Shown: positions 36,794 through 50,458 of the stretch, piece after piece
Numbering within the stretch: the stretch's first letter is position 1
Layout: every line of letters begins with the position of its first letter
Assembly (NCBI RefSeq): GCF_006345805.1
Contig: NC_043021.1
Location: 15,562,001 to 15,626,000, forward strand
Source of the DNA: Octopus sinensis
Lineage: Eukaryota
Direction of reading: 5' to 3'
Length of the DNA stretch: 64,000 nucleotides
Program-made: the position numbers and the translations under genes
The notes under the pieces: model-generated
What the model saw: the letters and a program-made list of their open reading frames with translations, nothing else
What the model was told of the DNA's origin: nothing
Databases searched by the model: none

Positions 36794-37466
36794 CATACAT
36801 GCACGCATGGTGCTTAATAAATGTAGATAGTTGAACGGATGGATATATAGAGTGAGTGAAATATATATATGTGTATATTTTTTATAAGGGCAACAAACTG
36901 ATTCCCTATATATATTTTTTTCTTATTTTCTTTATCTCAAAAGTGAGATATCCATCTCTCACCTAAATAAGGTACTGAGGGATTTAAAGGGGGTGTGTGG
37001 GTGGGAAGAAGAAAGAAGAGATGGCAGCTTAATCAATCCAAGAAGGTGGGATTTGACTTCTGGAAATCTGTACTGAACCAGAAAATTTCAATTCCAACAT
37101 TAATCATAGCCTGCTGCATCCACTCACTCATCAATGAAATGGTTTATTAGAAAACATCCGTTCCTTATCTAAAAATAACCTTCAACCTTGAGGAGTACGC
37201 ATATTATGTAGCATTATATGTGCTTCCTTTGGAGATGTGGCAACACTTCCAGCATCATCAGCCAGCCACACCCACCCCTGCTGCTGCTGACACCACCTCG
37301 ATGCCTTTCAGACTTCCCAAGACCCTTTGTGTGGTGTTGTTTTAACTTAATTTACCTGTTTCTTGAGAAGCTCATCTTCTTTTGAGATAATCGCACCTGC
37401 ATTCTCGAAACTAAACAAAAACACAGCAGCAAATGATGATTCTTCTATTATTATTATTATTATTAT

Positions 37467-38022
37467 TGAGTGAGAGAGCAGTGCATGCCTTTTAAGTGAC
37501 ACTGGGGTACAAATATACGAAGCCCATTATACCCATCGTGACTACCCGTGTGATAAGGGTACACCAGGCGCATGCATCACAACCATATGTGCACAACAAG
37601 GTGATCTCATATCAAGATAAACAGCACATGACCTTGCAGGTGGGGCCCAGTTAGAATTTTCTTTAGGTTGAGTAGCCTATCCCACTCAAAAGGTTCCTGA
37701 ATAAAGGTTGTTTAAGGAAGTTGAGCGAAACACCCATGTTTCCAGAGGTGAATTATACAAACCCCAAAGAATTCCTCTCAACACATGGCTATGATGTTCC
37801 CCCACTACTTCTACTTGTCATCAGAGATGCACATATCGTCAGCCACTAAGGGACATGCTCAACTGGTTACGGTCAAGCAACTGACAAGTAAATCTTGGTA
37901 TTGAGTAGAATATTTGCTGTAGCCCATCTTTTATACCAAGACAAAACAATGTAGATGATAGCACTTCCAATCAATTAAAATCAGAAGCCATGAGAGCCAA
38001 GGCGTGGTACTGCATCATGGCA
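37467..38022. mobile_element. Family C 555-bp element, copy 2
   Basis: Same ends as 1743-2297; (ATT)n flanks. Confidence 0.85.
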
Positions 38023-38682
38023 TTTATTATCATTATTATTATTATTATTATCATCATCATTATCATTATTCTTATTATCATTATTATTATTATTATTATC
38101 ATTATTATTATTATATTATTATTATTATTATTATTATAATATTCTTGGTATGTTTGAAATCCATGTCTACGATGATAAGAAGCAAAGTTGACCAAAATCA
38201 ATACAAATAAAAAGCATAAGTAAGATTCTAGTGTTGCTATGAGTGGGGTGGGGTTGGTGTAAGTGTGTGTGTGTGGGGGGCTTGGTGGTCAGTTTCAATC
38301 GACTGAAATGACCCACTCCCTCCACCTATAAAATTGGCCATGCTTCTGGCTGGCTGAATAAATATAATTATAATAATTTAATTGTATCATGGCAATAATA
38401 TATGCACAAACACACATATTTAATTAGATAAAATAACAATTATATTAATGACACTTAGATTATAATTATATTATATAATGAGTTTAGATATAATTGGGGG
38501 GGGGGTTATTATTATTATTATTATTATTATCATTATTATCATTATTATTATTATTATGTGATGCCCATCCCTACTTTCATTGTGTGTTTTCGTCAGCATA
38601 ATTGATGCCATACTGGAGCTCTGCCTTTGTGTCTATATTCTTTGTTCATCTCTAACAACTTACAATAAAGATTATTATTATC

Positions 38683-38715
<33 letters not shown>

Positions 38716-40049
38716 GCAAAACATCTTTGTAACAAAGTAATTGAAACCAGCAGGAAGTAACTTCCTATATTTTATTGAAAGCAAACCAATCAGATTCTAT
38801 GTACCGATATGTTGCTTGTTACTAAACAATGGTGGCTAACAGAACAAGACTGTTGTCTAGTGTTTAGTCTTGGCTCTGTATATACAGATTAAAACTCCAA
38901 TAGTGCAGAGAGGCAATTTAGTTTTGCCTTTCATCTCATTCAAGACTGATAAAATAGCTACCAGCAGATAAATTTGATTTCTCCATACAATCTACTCCTT
39001 CAAAAAAATTAGATTTGTATCTCGTCGAGTCAGCGTCATTGTCATCGTCATCACTTCTGCATTGGCTTTTCCCATATTGTCGTGGGTTGAAAGAGGCTTA
39101 TTGAAGAAGTGTTTGACAGCTGGATGATACCTGTACTTGTTTTTCTAAGCGAGACATTTTTATCCTGCTTGTCTTCACATACCAAATTCCTTTTAGTGTA
39201 ACAAATAACAAATCATATTCCAAGACACAAAAACTCGTTACAAAGGTATGCATCCATCCCGGGTAGAAAAGGTATGAAGATAATAGAGTAAATCATTTCT
39301 AATCAGTTGGTTGGCCTATACTTTTGAATGTAGTTTAAGATGTGTGCTAGACTGGCTCTGTGCTTAACAAGCTCACCATGCGACCAAGCGCTTTTGGGGT
39401 TTGGTCCCACTGCATGGCACCTTGGGTAAATATCTTCTACTATAGTCCTCAGCCAACCAATGTCATATGAGTGAATTTCGTTGATGGAAGCTGAGTGGGA
39501 ATCCATTATATATATGTTTGAAGGTGGCGAGCTGACAGAAATGTTAGCACACCGGGTGGAATACTTAGCGGTTTTTCATCTGTCATTGTGTTCTGAGTTC
39601 AAATTCCTCTGAGGTTGACTTTGCCTCTCATCCTTTTGAGGTTGATAAATTAAGTACCAGTTGCATTAAGTACCAGTCTGGTAGATTTGTATCTTGTTCC
39701 TTTGTAATGATTTGGATGCAGTTGCTAGATTTTTAACCCTTGAGCTATCCAGCACTGGCTATCATCATCATCATCATCATGTGCTTGCTTTCCACTGCCT
39801 AGATTGGACAAACCACTGGTTCAGTTCTTAATGTGGAGTTCCAGCTCTCCAATGCAAGTCAAAGCACCACATCCCACTTGCGTTTATTTTTGACACAGTT
39901 TTCTACACTTCGATGCTCTTTCCCCCATAACAATTGCTTCTATAGAGTGTATTCTGTGCATTATGCCATGGCAGCAGCATGAGAGAGGTCATCATGTTTT
40001 GATAACTAGGAACCGTCTCTTAAAACCCAAGACACTACCTTAACAGAAG

Positions 40050-40480
40050 ATAATAATATAATAATGAAATTATTGTATACAGTGCTCAGGTGCACCACAA
40101 CTTGTCAGAAAGTGCGTATAAAGTATATGCAGTAATGTAGAAATGTCTGGAAAGCGAACAATGTATGAGTCAGATACATGCTTGTTTGTGTATGGAGGGG
40201 AGAAAATCAGGTGTAGTGTTGGCGAATCTCAGGAAGCATGGAAGTTTTGAAGGATGCAGTGCTCCGACAACTAACAACCGATGCCGGCAGTTTGTTCCAT
40301 GCTTCAGCAACTCTCAGCGTGAAAAAATGTTTCCTAAAGTCATGGGAGCTGTGCTGTTTTCTGATTTTGTAAATATGTCCACGGGTGTTAGATGGGTGGA
40401 GTTTGAAAAGGTGCTCAGAGTTATTGTTTGTAAGATGGCTAATAATTTTATGGGTGTCTGCCAACAGACTCATTGAATTA
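40050..40480 (-). mobile_element. CR1 LINE 3' end
   Basis: HLFKLHPSNTRGHIYKIRKQHSSHDFRKHFFTLRVAEAWNKLPASVVSCRSTASFK matches the CR1 tail motif TRGH..K.......R..FFS.RV...WN.LP. Confidence 0.85.
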
Positions 40481-41638
40481 ATGTGTAAGTGGTCGAGTAT
40501 TCCACAGACTCGGCAGAATCAACCTGACATGGTGTATGACCTGGCTGGAGTTTGAAATCAGAATGCATTTACAATTGATTTCTGTCTATCCACTTTCAGT
40601 CACAATCTAATTGGTTGACCCAGGGCTATAAAAAAAAATTACACTTGCTTAACCCTTTAGTGTTCAGATTATTCTATCAAACATATGCTTATTGATTCAC
40701 ATTGATTTGAATTAATCATGCATTATCTCATATCTTCAAGATGTTGATGGTTTAATTACTTAATGTAGAATAACATTGTAGAGTAGGTGTGAGAGCCTGG
40801 ATCTGGTCTGTTTGAACATAAAACATATTAACTATTTTGGCCGGATATGGCTGGTTTAAGCATGATCTTCTCACCAAAATTTACTCTGAGGTTCTTGCAG
40901 CAGCATGACCTTGTCCTAAATGCTTCCATCGACCAACAACAGATGATGTAAAAAAAAAAAACAAGACAACATGGTGGTATGCTTCATATTTCGATAAAAC
41001 GAAGGAGGGAGTGTGTGCGTGGTGGACAGGTTAGATGGATATTATATGCAGCGGATATGATATCAGCATGCACAATATACGGTGGAACTCAGCTCAGCTT
41101 AACTCAGCTCCGCTCTGCACTGATGATGGGGGAATGAAACTATGAAACCACTCTCCATCTACTGATAACAAGATAACAATGGTAAACACCTCATCAGCCA
41201 AACCATTTATGACTCCCTTTCTCCTACACTCTCTCTCCTCCTATCAGACTACCCAATCCTTCTGCCTCTTTCCTTCCCCCTTTAATTTCTCCTTTTTAAT
41301 ATTTCATTATAAAATATTTTACATTACATTATTTATTTCATTGTCTCTCACTGTTTATTTCTCTCTGATATTTAAATGGCATTTATACTACAGCGTTAAA
41401 TTAGCATTTTTTTTTTTTCGGTCTAAATTTATGCCATGACAGAGTGTAGTATGTATTGTTATATCCTCTTTCCTAGTTAAACCTCGCGTACTACAGGGAA
41501 AGTCGATAAAAGTTTCCTTGATAACTTGCCAGCAGTGATGGTCATATAATTGGAAGCAAACAATTAGATTCATCTTAATTATCTCCTAAACTTGTGCCCT
41601 GGATCCTACTTCCCCTTCTTTGTAAACTTTCTATGGGG

Positions 41639-41785
<147 letters not shown>

Positions 41786-42089
41786 CACTTATGTGCGTCT
41801 CTCTGTTGTTTGATTATATAATAATAATATACATTGCATGTGTATGATTTACAAGTGTGTGCTGTGAGGATGTGTTGAGGGAGGTGCCTGGAAAAATTTA
41901 GAAAAGTATGCCAAATATCTCTAATTGCAATGATGATAATGTTGATCTATATTCATTTACTTCTTCACCGGTTAGGCACATCTAAAATTAGAATTGGTGT
42001 CATAAACATCTATAGATTTGTGTATGCATGTGTGTGTGTGAGAGAGAAAGTGTGTGTGTTTATATATATATATATTCATATATAATATA

Positions 42090-42500
42090 GGTGCAGGAGT
42101 GGATGTGTGGTAAGTAGCTTGCTTACCAACCACATGGCTCCAGGTTCAGTCCCACTGTGTGGCACCTTTGGCAAGTGTCTCCTACCATAGCATCAGGTCG
42201 ACCAAAGCCTTGTGAGTTGATTTGGTAGACAGAAACTGGAAGAAGCTCGTCGCGTGTGTATGTGTGTATATATATATGTGTGTGTGAGTGTGTATCTGTT
42301 TGTCTCCCCTCCATTGTTTTCCAACCGATGCTGGTGTGTTTATGTTCCTGTAACTTAGCAGTTTGGCAAAAGGGACTGATAGAATAAATAGTAGTCGCCT
42401 TAGAAAGAATAAGTTCTGGGGTCGATTTCTTTGACTAACATGCTTTGAGGTGGTGCTCCAGCATAACCTCAGTCAAATGACTAAAACGAGTAAAATAATA
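42090..42500 (+). mobile_element. Family A SINE (diverged)
   Basis: GGTGCAGGAGTGGATGTGTGGTAAG head through GACTAAAACGAGTAAAA tail. Confidence 0.8.
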
Positions 42501-42958
42501 CAGCTATACATACACACATGTGTACGTGTGTGTGTGTAGTTGCTAAAGATTGTGTAGTTTGTTCGCGGGTTGTATGTTTTCACAGCAAGATTAAATACAT
42601 GTTTGTTAAACATATCATCTTTGACTTGTGTGTATATATTTATTCATAACCTCACTGCGAGACTTATGGAGTTATAAAGTGTGGGCACATGCGCATGTGT
42701 GTATGTGTGCAATTGCGCGCATGTATATGTGTATGTAAAATGACTACTTCTTGGCCGAGAGTGGTGTCTGCATCAAGTTATAAATGAGACTCCTCCAGTA
42801 ATTTATTGAAATGTCAAAATATTTATTTAAACAAAAAACATACACACACACACAAACACAACCCCTCCCTTATGAGATAGAAAATAAATTTAGAAATAAT
42901 TTTTCTCTATAAGAAATAGACACTTTAAGAAAATAGAATCCAATGGATGCTTGTTTTT

Positions 42959-42992
<34 letters not shown>

Positions 42993-43632
42993 ATTTAGTC
43001 CCAGATCTTGTCTGACTGGTCAGGCATTATGATTAAAGACATTCCAACCCTAACCATCCTGCCTTTTCTCTTTCTCTCTCTCTCTCTCCACATTGTGTAT
43101 GTAGGACTACATTATTCTAGTGTGTCTTTCCTTCAGGCTGCTTTACCCTAGGTGTATCTTGACAGAACAAAATTGTCATCAAAGATATCCCTACCATGAT
43201 CACACACACAGAGTCAACAGATCAGATCTAGAAGTTCTTGGCATGGAAAACGGTCAGTAGTGCTCAAATGATTCAACCTTTGAGCTGATATGGAGACAAT
43301 TATGCAGATAAACAAATTAAATATAACAGCTTGGCTTTTAAAGTAACCCCACTGATGTTGGTGCCATGGTAAAAGGCACACAGTACACTCTGTAAAAGGT
43401 TTTGGTGACCAAGGAAAGACAACATTAGGTGAAGAGTATTCTTTTGTCTTGTTGAGGACCTGATAACCTCTATTGTGGTGCTGCCTTGATAAAACATCTC
43501 TCGGACTCTTCATAAATTGGTTGATTATAGGAAGGGCGTCCATCCATTGAAATCAATCCGAAAGTGAAAAGAATGAGTGAAATATGGTTCCCCAAGTTGT
43601 CTAGGTGGGCAGTAATTCTGAGTAATAACTGC

Positions 43633-43800
43633 GTAGGCGCAGGAGTGGCTGTGTGGTAAGTAGCTTGCTAACCAACCACATGGTTCCAGGTTCAGTTCCA
43701 CTGCGTGGCATCTTGGGCAAGTGTCTTCTGCTATAGCCCCGGGCCAACCAATGCCTTGTGAGTGGATTTGGTAGACGGAAACTGAAAGAAGCCTGTCGTA

Positions 43801-43853
<53 letters not shown>

Positions 43854-44030
43854 CTGTGTTTGTACCCCTAGCATTGCTTGACAACCGATGCTGGTGTGCT
43901 TACGTCCCTGTCACTTAGTGGTTCGGCAAAAGAGACCGATAGAATAAGTACTGGGCTTACAAAGAATAAGTCCTGGGGTTGATTTGCTCGACTAAAAGGT
44001 GGTGCTCCAGACTGAAACGAGTAAAAGAGA
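43633..44030 (+). mobile_element. Family A SINE
   Basis: GGCGCAGGAGTGGCTGTGTGG head; small deletion in the tail. Confidence 0.9.
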
Positions 44031-44489
44031 CTGTGACCATGACAACCAAATTCATGCCAGCATGGAAATGGACATAAAATGGTGATGGTGATTTTACAAG
44101 ACAGTTACACTCTGATTTTCTTTGGTTTTGCTCTTAACTCTTGCTGGTAATACTCATACAATCTCACTCTGTACTGTAGACCAGGTTATGGAATCCTTTT
44201 ACAAGAAGCTGGCCGTGTGAAACACAGCTCATTATCAAGGTGGGCAGTACTACAAAACAAAAATTGATGGTAATTTTCTGTTTGAGGATGCCATTCAGGA
44301 AGTCCTGCTGGACTCGTTATTGCCCACCACCTCAGATTGTCCACCAACATTCCACAGTTGGACTGCAGACTATGCATAGAATGACACGTTACACTGCAGC
44401 CCCACATACAGTCACACTAATCTATTCCTCTACATATAATCACAACAGTACACTGCAGTACTCCTCATGCAGTCACACAACACAGTGTA

Positions 44490-45230
44490 CTCCTCCACTT
44501 ACAGTCACACTTCACTGTAGTCTCCACATAGTCACATACTACATGGTACCCCTCCACTTACAGTCACACTTCACTGTAGTCTCCACATAGTCACATACTA
44601 CATGGTACCCCTCCACTTACAGTCACACTTCACTGTAGTCTCCACATAGTCACATACTACATGGTACCCCTCCACTTACAGTCACACTTCACTGTAGTCT
44701 CCACATAGTCAATACTACATGGTACCCCTCCACTTACAGTCACACTTCACTGTAGTCTCCACATACTACATGGTACCCCTCCACTTACAGTCACACTTCA
44801 CTGTAGTCTCCACATAGTCACATACTACATGGTACCCCTCCACTTACAGTCACACTTCACTGTAGTCTCCACATAGTCACATACTACATGGTACCCCTCC
44901 ACTTACAGTCACACTTCACTGTAGTCTCCACATAGTCACATACTACATGGTACCCCTCCACTTACAGTCACACTTCACTGTAGTCTCCACATAGTCACAT
45001 ACTACATGGTACCCCTCCACTTACAGTCACACTTCACTGTAGTCTCCACATAGTCACATACTACATGGTACCCCTCCACTTACAGTCACACTTCACTGTA
45101 GTCTCCACATAGTCACATACTACATGGTACCCCTCCACTTACAGTCACACTTCACTGTAGTCTCCACATAGTCACATACTACATGGTACCCCTCCACTTA
45201 CAGTCACACTTCACTGTATCCTCCACATAT
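44490..45230. repeat. 59-bp tandem satellite, ~12 near-identical units
   Basis: Unit TACATGGTACCCCTCCACTTACAGTCACACTTCACTGTAGTCTCCACATAGTCACATAC; successive 60-nt lines shift by 1 nt. Confidence 0.95.
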
Positions 45231-46090
45231 AGTTGCACACTACACTATATTCCTCCATGTACAGTCACACTCTACACTTCGCTCTGCAATGCACTCACAC
45301 ACCTCACTGTACCCTCCACATAGTCACACACTAGTGTATCTCTCACATACAATCACTAGACTTTACTCCTCCACCCTCTGACTATACACACACAAAAACA
45401 TTGGATTTATCAGATTGAAAATTACCTTTTGTCAACCGAGCTATTGTTGCTCGGAGATGTTTGTCGAAATTATCTTGATCCTAAATGTCAATATTAAATA
45501 CCGGGACCTCGACGCAGCTTGCTTGTTCGTTAACAAACGATGTTGATTGATCACATTTTGCTCAATCAATAAGATCTGTACAGTCAGCAATGGATTGATT
45601 TGGTATCAGTAATCAACCTTTTACAAAATAAATACACATCACTGTTCTGCTCATTTAAAACAAAATTATCTTGGACTGTCTTTACTTCTTCCTTCTTTTC
45701 TCTGAATTTGTCAACATTTTCCTTTTCTTCTTTATGCTTTGGTTTTATTTTTCATTGTCTTTTTTACATACAAAGAATAGAGAAACAAATATAGTTTCTT
45801 GTTTTTTTATTATTTATATCCCAAATAATAAGAATTGGATTCTTGCAGTTTCAGTCTTATCATTAACATGTTTAAAGTTAATCAGAAATAATTACATGGT
45901 GAGGCAAGAAAACAGTATTAATGAAAGACAACTCTGGGAATGCATCGATGTTATTCTGAACACCTCAGCAAAACACAGCATTTGCTGTACTTACATAAAG
46001 TACTGATGACAACGAATAAAATTTTTTTAAAATTTTAATGTTTAATATTTGGTTTAGAAGTATAAGTAATAAGATTGTTAGTTGTTGCAA

Positions 46091-46160
46091 CAGTAGTTCC
46101 CAGTCTGGGGTCTGCAGACCCCTGGTGGTTCGCAAAGGTAGTACTGGGGGTCCGTGAACT
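46091..46160 (+). mobile_element. hAT (Charlie-like) terminus
   Basis: CAGTAGTTCCCAGTCTGGGGTCTGCAGACCCCTGG...GGGGGTCCGTG resembles CAGNGGTTCCCAANCTGGGGTCC termini; no partner end found. Confidence 0.45.
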
Positions 46161-46198
46161 AAATAAAAAATTTCAAACTGGATTTGATAGAAGTTCAT

Positions 46199-46287
<89 letters not shown>

Positions 46288-46288
<1 letters not shown>

Positions 46289-46584
46289 GAGGCGCAATGG
46301 CCCAGTGGTTAGGGCAGTGGACTCACGGTTGTAGGATCGTGGTTTCGATTCCCAGACCGGCCGTTGTGAGTGTTTATTGAGCAAAAACACCTAAAAGCTC
46401 CACGAGGCTCCGGCAGGGGGTGGTGATCCCTGCTGTACTCTTTCACTACTCTTTCTCCCACTCTTTCTTCTGTTGGCCTGCTCGCTTAGCCAGCGGAGTG
46501 GCATCATTCGAAGGCTAAAAACAATGCGAACGCATTGTGACCAGCGATGTGTAACTACATCTGATGGACTGGTCGGTCACGTGA
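46288..46584 (+). mobile_element. Full-length tRNA-derived SINE (family F)
   Basis: GGAGGCGCAATGGCCCAGTGGTTAGG (A box), GGTTTCGATTCCC (B box), TTGAGCAAAAACAC core, and an end GGTCACGTG followed by (AT)n. Confidence 0.85.
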
Positions 46585-46919
46585 TATATATATACACACA
46601 CACACACACATACACATATATATGAGTTTGGTGGGATATATTATCTGGGTGGATACCCTGTTAACTCTCAGTTGGGTCCCAGATGCCGGCTAACCACAAC
46701 GGTCAGTATCCAGTGCCTGTGTTTACAATGTTTACTTCAGCCAGTTTGCTTCGAAGAAAATCAAATGGATTCTGGCGAAACTGCATTGACAATGTTGCAA
46801 GGTTGCATCTACAACAATGTGCAATCGCTGCAGTGGAAACACATGTAGGTCATTGTAATATGCTGTATATAACTATAAAATAAATACCCTAGATGTACAA
46901 ATTTCCATACTCCTATTTT

Positions 46920-47428
46920 ATCGGTCCACTTATGCATACCTTTCCTTCTTGGGACACAAAACTCTACTTGTGAAGACCTTTTGAGGCATGTGAGAATCAA
47001 AATCAAAATCAAAATCGATCAACATCAATGGAAATTGTAGCTGTGATACCAGTGCCGAGGGCACGTAAGAGAACCATCCGAATGTGGCCGTTGCCAGCAC
47101 CGCCCCGACTGGCCTCTATGCCGGTGGCACGTAAAAAGCACCATCCGATCGTGGCCGTTTGCCAGCCTTGCCTGGCCCCCATGCTGGTGGCACGTAAAAA
47201 GCACCATCCGATCATGGCTGTTTGCTAGCCTCGTCTGGCACCTGTGCCGGTGGCACGTAAAAAGTACCCACTACACTCATGGAGTGGTTGGCGTTAGGAA
47301 GGGCATCCAGCCATAGAAACATTGCCAGATCAGACTGGGCCTGGTGCAGCCTTCTGGCTTCCCAGACCCCAGTTGAACCGTCCAACCCATGCTAGCATGG
47401 AAAGCGGACGCTAAACGATGATGATGAT
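46920..47428 (+). mobile_element. Family D RTE 3' UTR with several hairpin repeat units and (GAT)n tail
   Basis: Ends GGAAAGCGGACGCTAAACGATGATGATG; further fragments at ~48432-48705 (-), ~55255-55575 (+) and ~60130-60315 (+). Confidence 0.85.
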
Positions 47429-49014
47429 AGATATATGGATTTTTGTATGTCCACAAGCTTCCACACAGATTCTGTTACCAAATTCTTAACCTAGGACGAC
47501 TATAGAAGACACTTGCCCTCAGCGCTGCACACTAGGACTGAACTCAACACACTGTGGTTACCAAATGAGCTTCTTAACTACACAGCCATGCCTGTGCCTA
47601 TGGGGTGGTTATGAGGATTCTTTTCCGTTCTTTTCTTCTTTTTGTTTTCCATTTTTCATCTTCTTGACAACCTGTATGGCGTAGTTGGGCTAAAGCGTTG
47701 TTGGTTGTGATGAGAGCTTGAACCAATACAAACACAGAGCAGAAGATACTGTAAACACGAGGAGGTCAATAGCCTGAAAAAAAATGATAATCTTAATAAC
47801 AACTCGTCTACAACATTTTGACATTTAATCAATCATTAAGCTTTGTTTTCATCTAAAATATATCACCTTATCAAATATTTTCATCTCTTGATAAATTCTA
47901 AACTTAAGTACTTAATTTCACCAGCTTCCAGTGTATAACTGATACACCAGAGGGCAGAAGGTGATCTTACATGCAAACTAAAACAAAATGCTCTTGAGGG
48001 ATGGGACCTTTATGAAGTCACTTGATTTGTTAGAAATAGCAACCATGTCTCACAAGAACAGGATAGTACTGGCTTGAGAAGAAAGGGAGTGTGTATATCC
48101 ATGGTAATGTAGTTTTTGATAGACTATACTTTCAGAAAAAAATAAAGGAGGAGACCGGATGGTCTCATGGTCACACCTTCAACGCCTTTGATTGGAGGTT
48201 GCTAAACTAAACCAGGCTTGTTGGCTAAACAGCAAGTCCCTCCATTGTTGATGTCATCATCATCAATACATCCACTTTACATGTGAGCATGGATTGGAAA
48301 TAGCGTTATGGAACTACAGTGGAAAAATCTATATCTGTCTATATATATATATATGCATGCATGTGTATGTATGTATATGCATATATATATGCATGTGTAT
48401 GCATATGTGTGTGTGTATATATATATATATATCATCATCGTCGTTTAACGTCCGTTTTCCGTGCTAGCATGGGTTGGACGGTTTGACCGGGGTCTGGGAA
48501 GCCAGGAGGCTGCACCAGGCTCCAGTCTGATCTGGCAGTATTTCTACAGCTGGATGCCCTTCCTAACGCCAACCACTCCGTGAGTGTAGTGGGTGCTTTT
48601 AATGTGCCAGGGGAGGCTGGCAGCAGCCACGATCGGTTGGTACTTTTTACGTGCCACCGGCACAGAAGCCAGTGAAGGCGGTGCTGGCATCGGCCACGTT
48701 CGGATATATATATATACTGGGAGCTAAACATAGAGGGGACAAACAAGAACAGACAAAGGGATTAAGTCGATTACATCGATCCGAGTGCGTAACTGGTACT
48801 TATTTAATCGACCCTGAAAGGATGAAAGGCAAAGTCGACCTCAGAAGTTGGGGCACCACCTTGACGGTTTTGTTAATAAATTGATCCCAGTACTTACTTT
48901 AAGCCTGATACTTATTCTATTTGGAGTCTTTTGCTGAACTGCTAAGTTACAGGGACATAAACAAACCAACAGCAGTTGTCAAGAAGTGGTTGGAGACAAA
49001 CATACACATATCAT

Positions 49015-50110
49015 TATCATCATCATCATCGTTTAGCGTCCGTTTTCCATGCTAGCATGGGTTGGACGGTTCTACTGGGGTCTGTGAAGCCAGAAGGCTT
49101 CATCAGGCCCAGTCAAATCTGGCAGTGTTTCTACGGCTGGATGCCCTTCCTAACGCCAACCACTCCGTGAGTGTAGTGGGTGCTTTTTACGTGCCACCCG
49201 CACTGGTGCCAGACAGAGCTGGCGAACGGCCACGAACGGATGGTGCTTTTTATGTGCCACCGGCACGAGGGCCAGGCGAGGCTGGCAACGGACACGAAAC
49301 GGGGCGGTGCTGGCAACGGTCGCGAAACGGAAAGTTCTCTTACATGCCACCGGCACTGGTAAACATCTGCAATTTCCATTGATCGATTTCCATTGATCGA
49401 TTTCGATTCTGATCGTCACTTGCCTCAACGGGTCTTCACAAGCAGAGTTTTGACATGCCACCGGCACTGGTAGCACATCCGCAATTTCCATTGATCGATT
49501 TCGATTCTGATCCTCACTTGCCTCATCACGTCTTCACAAGTAGAGTTTTGTGTCCCAAGAAGGGAAGGTATGCATACGTAGTCTGGCTCCATCCCATGTA
49601 GAAGGCCACGGGTTATGGACTCACTTGTCCTGCCGGGTCTTCTCGCGCACAGCACACTTCCAGAGGTCTCGGTCTCTAGTCATTTCCTCAGTGAGACCTA
49701 AAGTTCGAAGGTCGTGCTTCACCACCTCGTCCCAGGTTTTCCTGGTCTGCCTCTTCCACAGGTTCCCTCAACGCTAGGGTGTGGCACTTTTTCACACAAC
49801 TATCTTCATCCATTCTCGCCACATGACCATACCAGCGCAAACGTTCTCTTGCACACCACAACTGATGCTTCTTAGGTCCAGCTTTTCTCTCAAGGTACTT
49901 ACACTCTGCCGAGTGTGAGTACCGGCATTACACATCCATCGGAGCATACTGGCTTCATTTCTAGCGAGCTTACGCATATCCTCAGCAGTCACGGCCCATG
50001 TTTCACTGCCATGTAGCATGGCTGTTCATACACACGCATCATACAGTCTGCCTTTCACTCTGTGCGAGAGGCCTTTTGTCACCAGTAGAGGTAAGAGCTC
50101 TCTGAACTTC
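49015..50110 (-). mobile_element. 5'-truncated RTE-type LINE (~1.1 kb), ORF disrupted
   Basis: FRELLPLLVTKGLSHRVKGRLYDACV*TAMLHGSETWAVTAEDMRKLARNEASMLRWMC...KTWDEVVKHDLRTLGLTEEMTRDRDLWKCAVREKTRQDK*, then the family D UTR and a (GAT)n tail; one stop and frameshifts. Confidence 0.88.
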
Positions 50111-50409
50111 AGGTAGACACATATATATTTTACAAACACACACACACGTGTAAAACACATTCTGACTACACTGTAAAGTGGTTGGCATTTGGAAGGCCCT
50201 TCCAGTTGTAAAAACCATGCCAAAACTGACCTTGCCTGCATTGGTGCCACATAAAAAGCATTCGGTCCACTCTGCAGAGAGGTTGGTGTTAGGAAGGGCA
50301 TCCAACTGTAAAAACCATGACAAATCAGACTCAGTAACCTGAAGTAGTCTTCTCCCTGGCCAGCTCCTGTCAAACTGTCCAACCCATGGAAGGCAGGCAT
50401 TAAACGATG

Positions 50410-50458
<49 letters not shown>

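Noticed and set aside
44490-45230. CRISPR-like array
   Set aside because: Units are contiguous and identical with no unique spacers, there are no cas genes, and the context is eukaryotic.
46288-46372. tRNA gene
   Set aside because: The tRNA-like head continues into a SINE body and (AT)n tail; it is better explained as a SINE, as are the other A/B-box hits.
47672-47773. 102-nt antisense exon (TTTTTTTTCAG| ... CAG|GTTGTC)
   Set aside because: Weak donor and an unrecognisable peptide.
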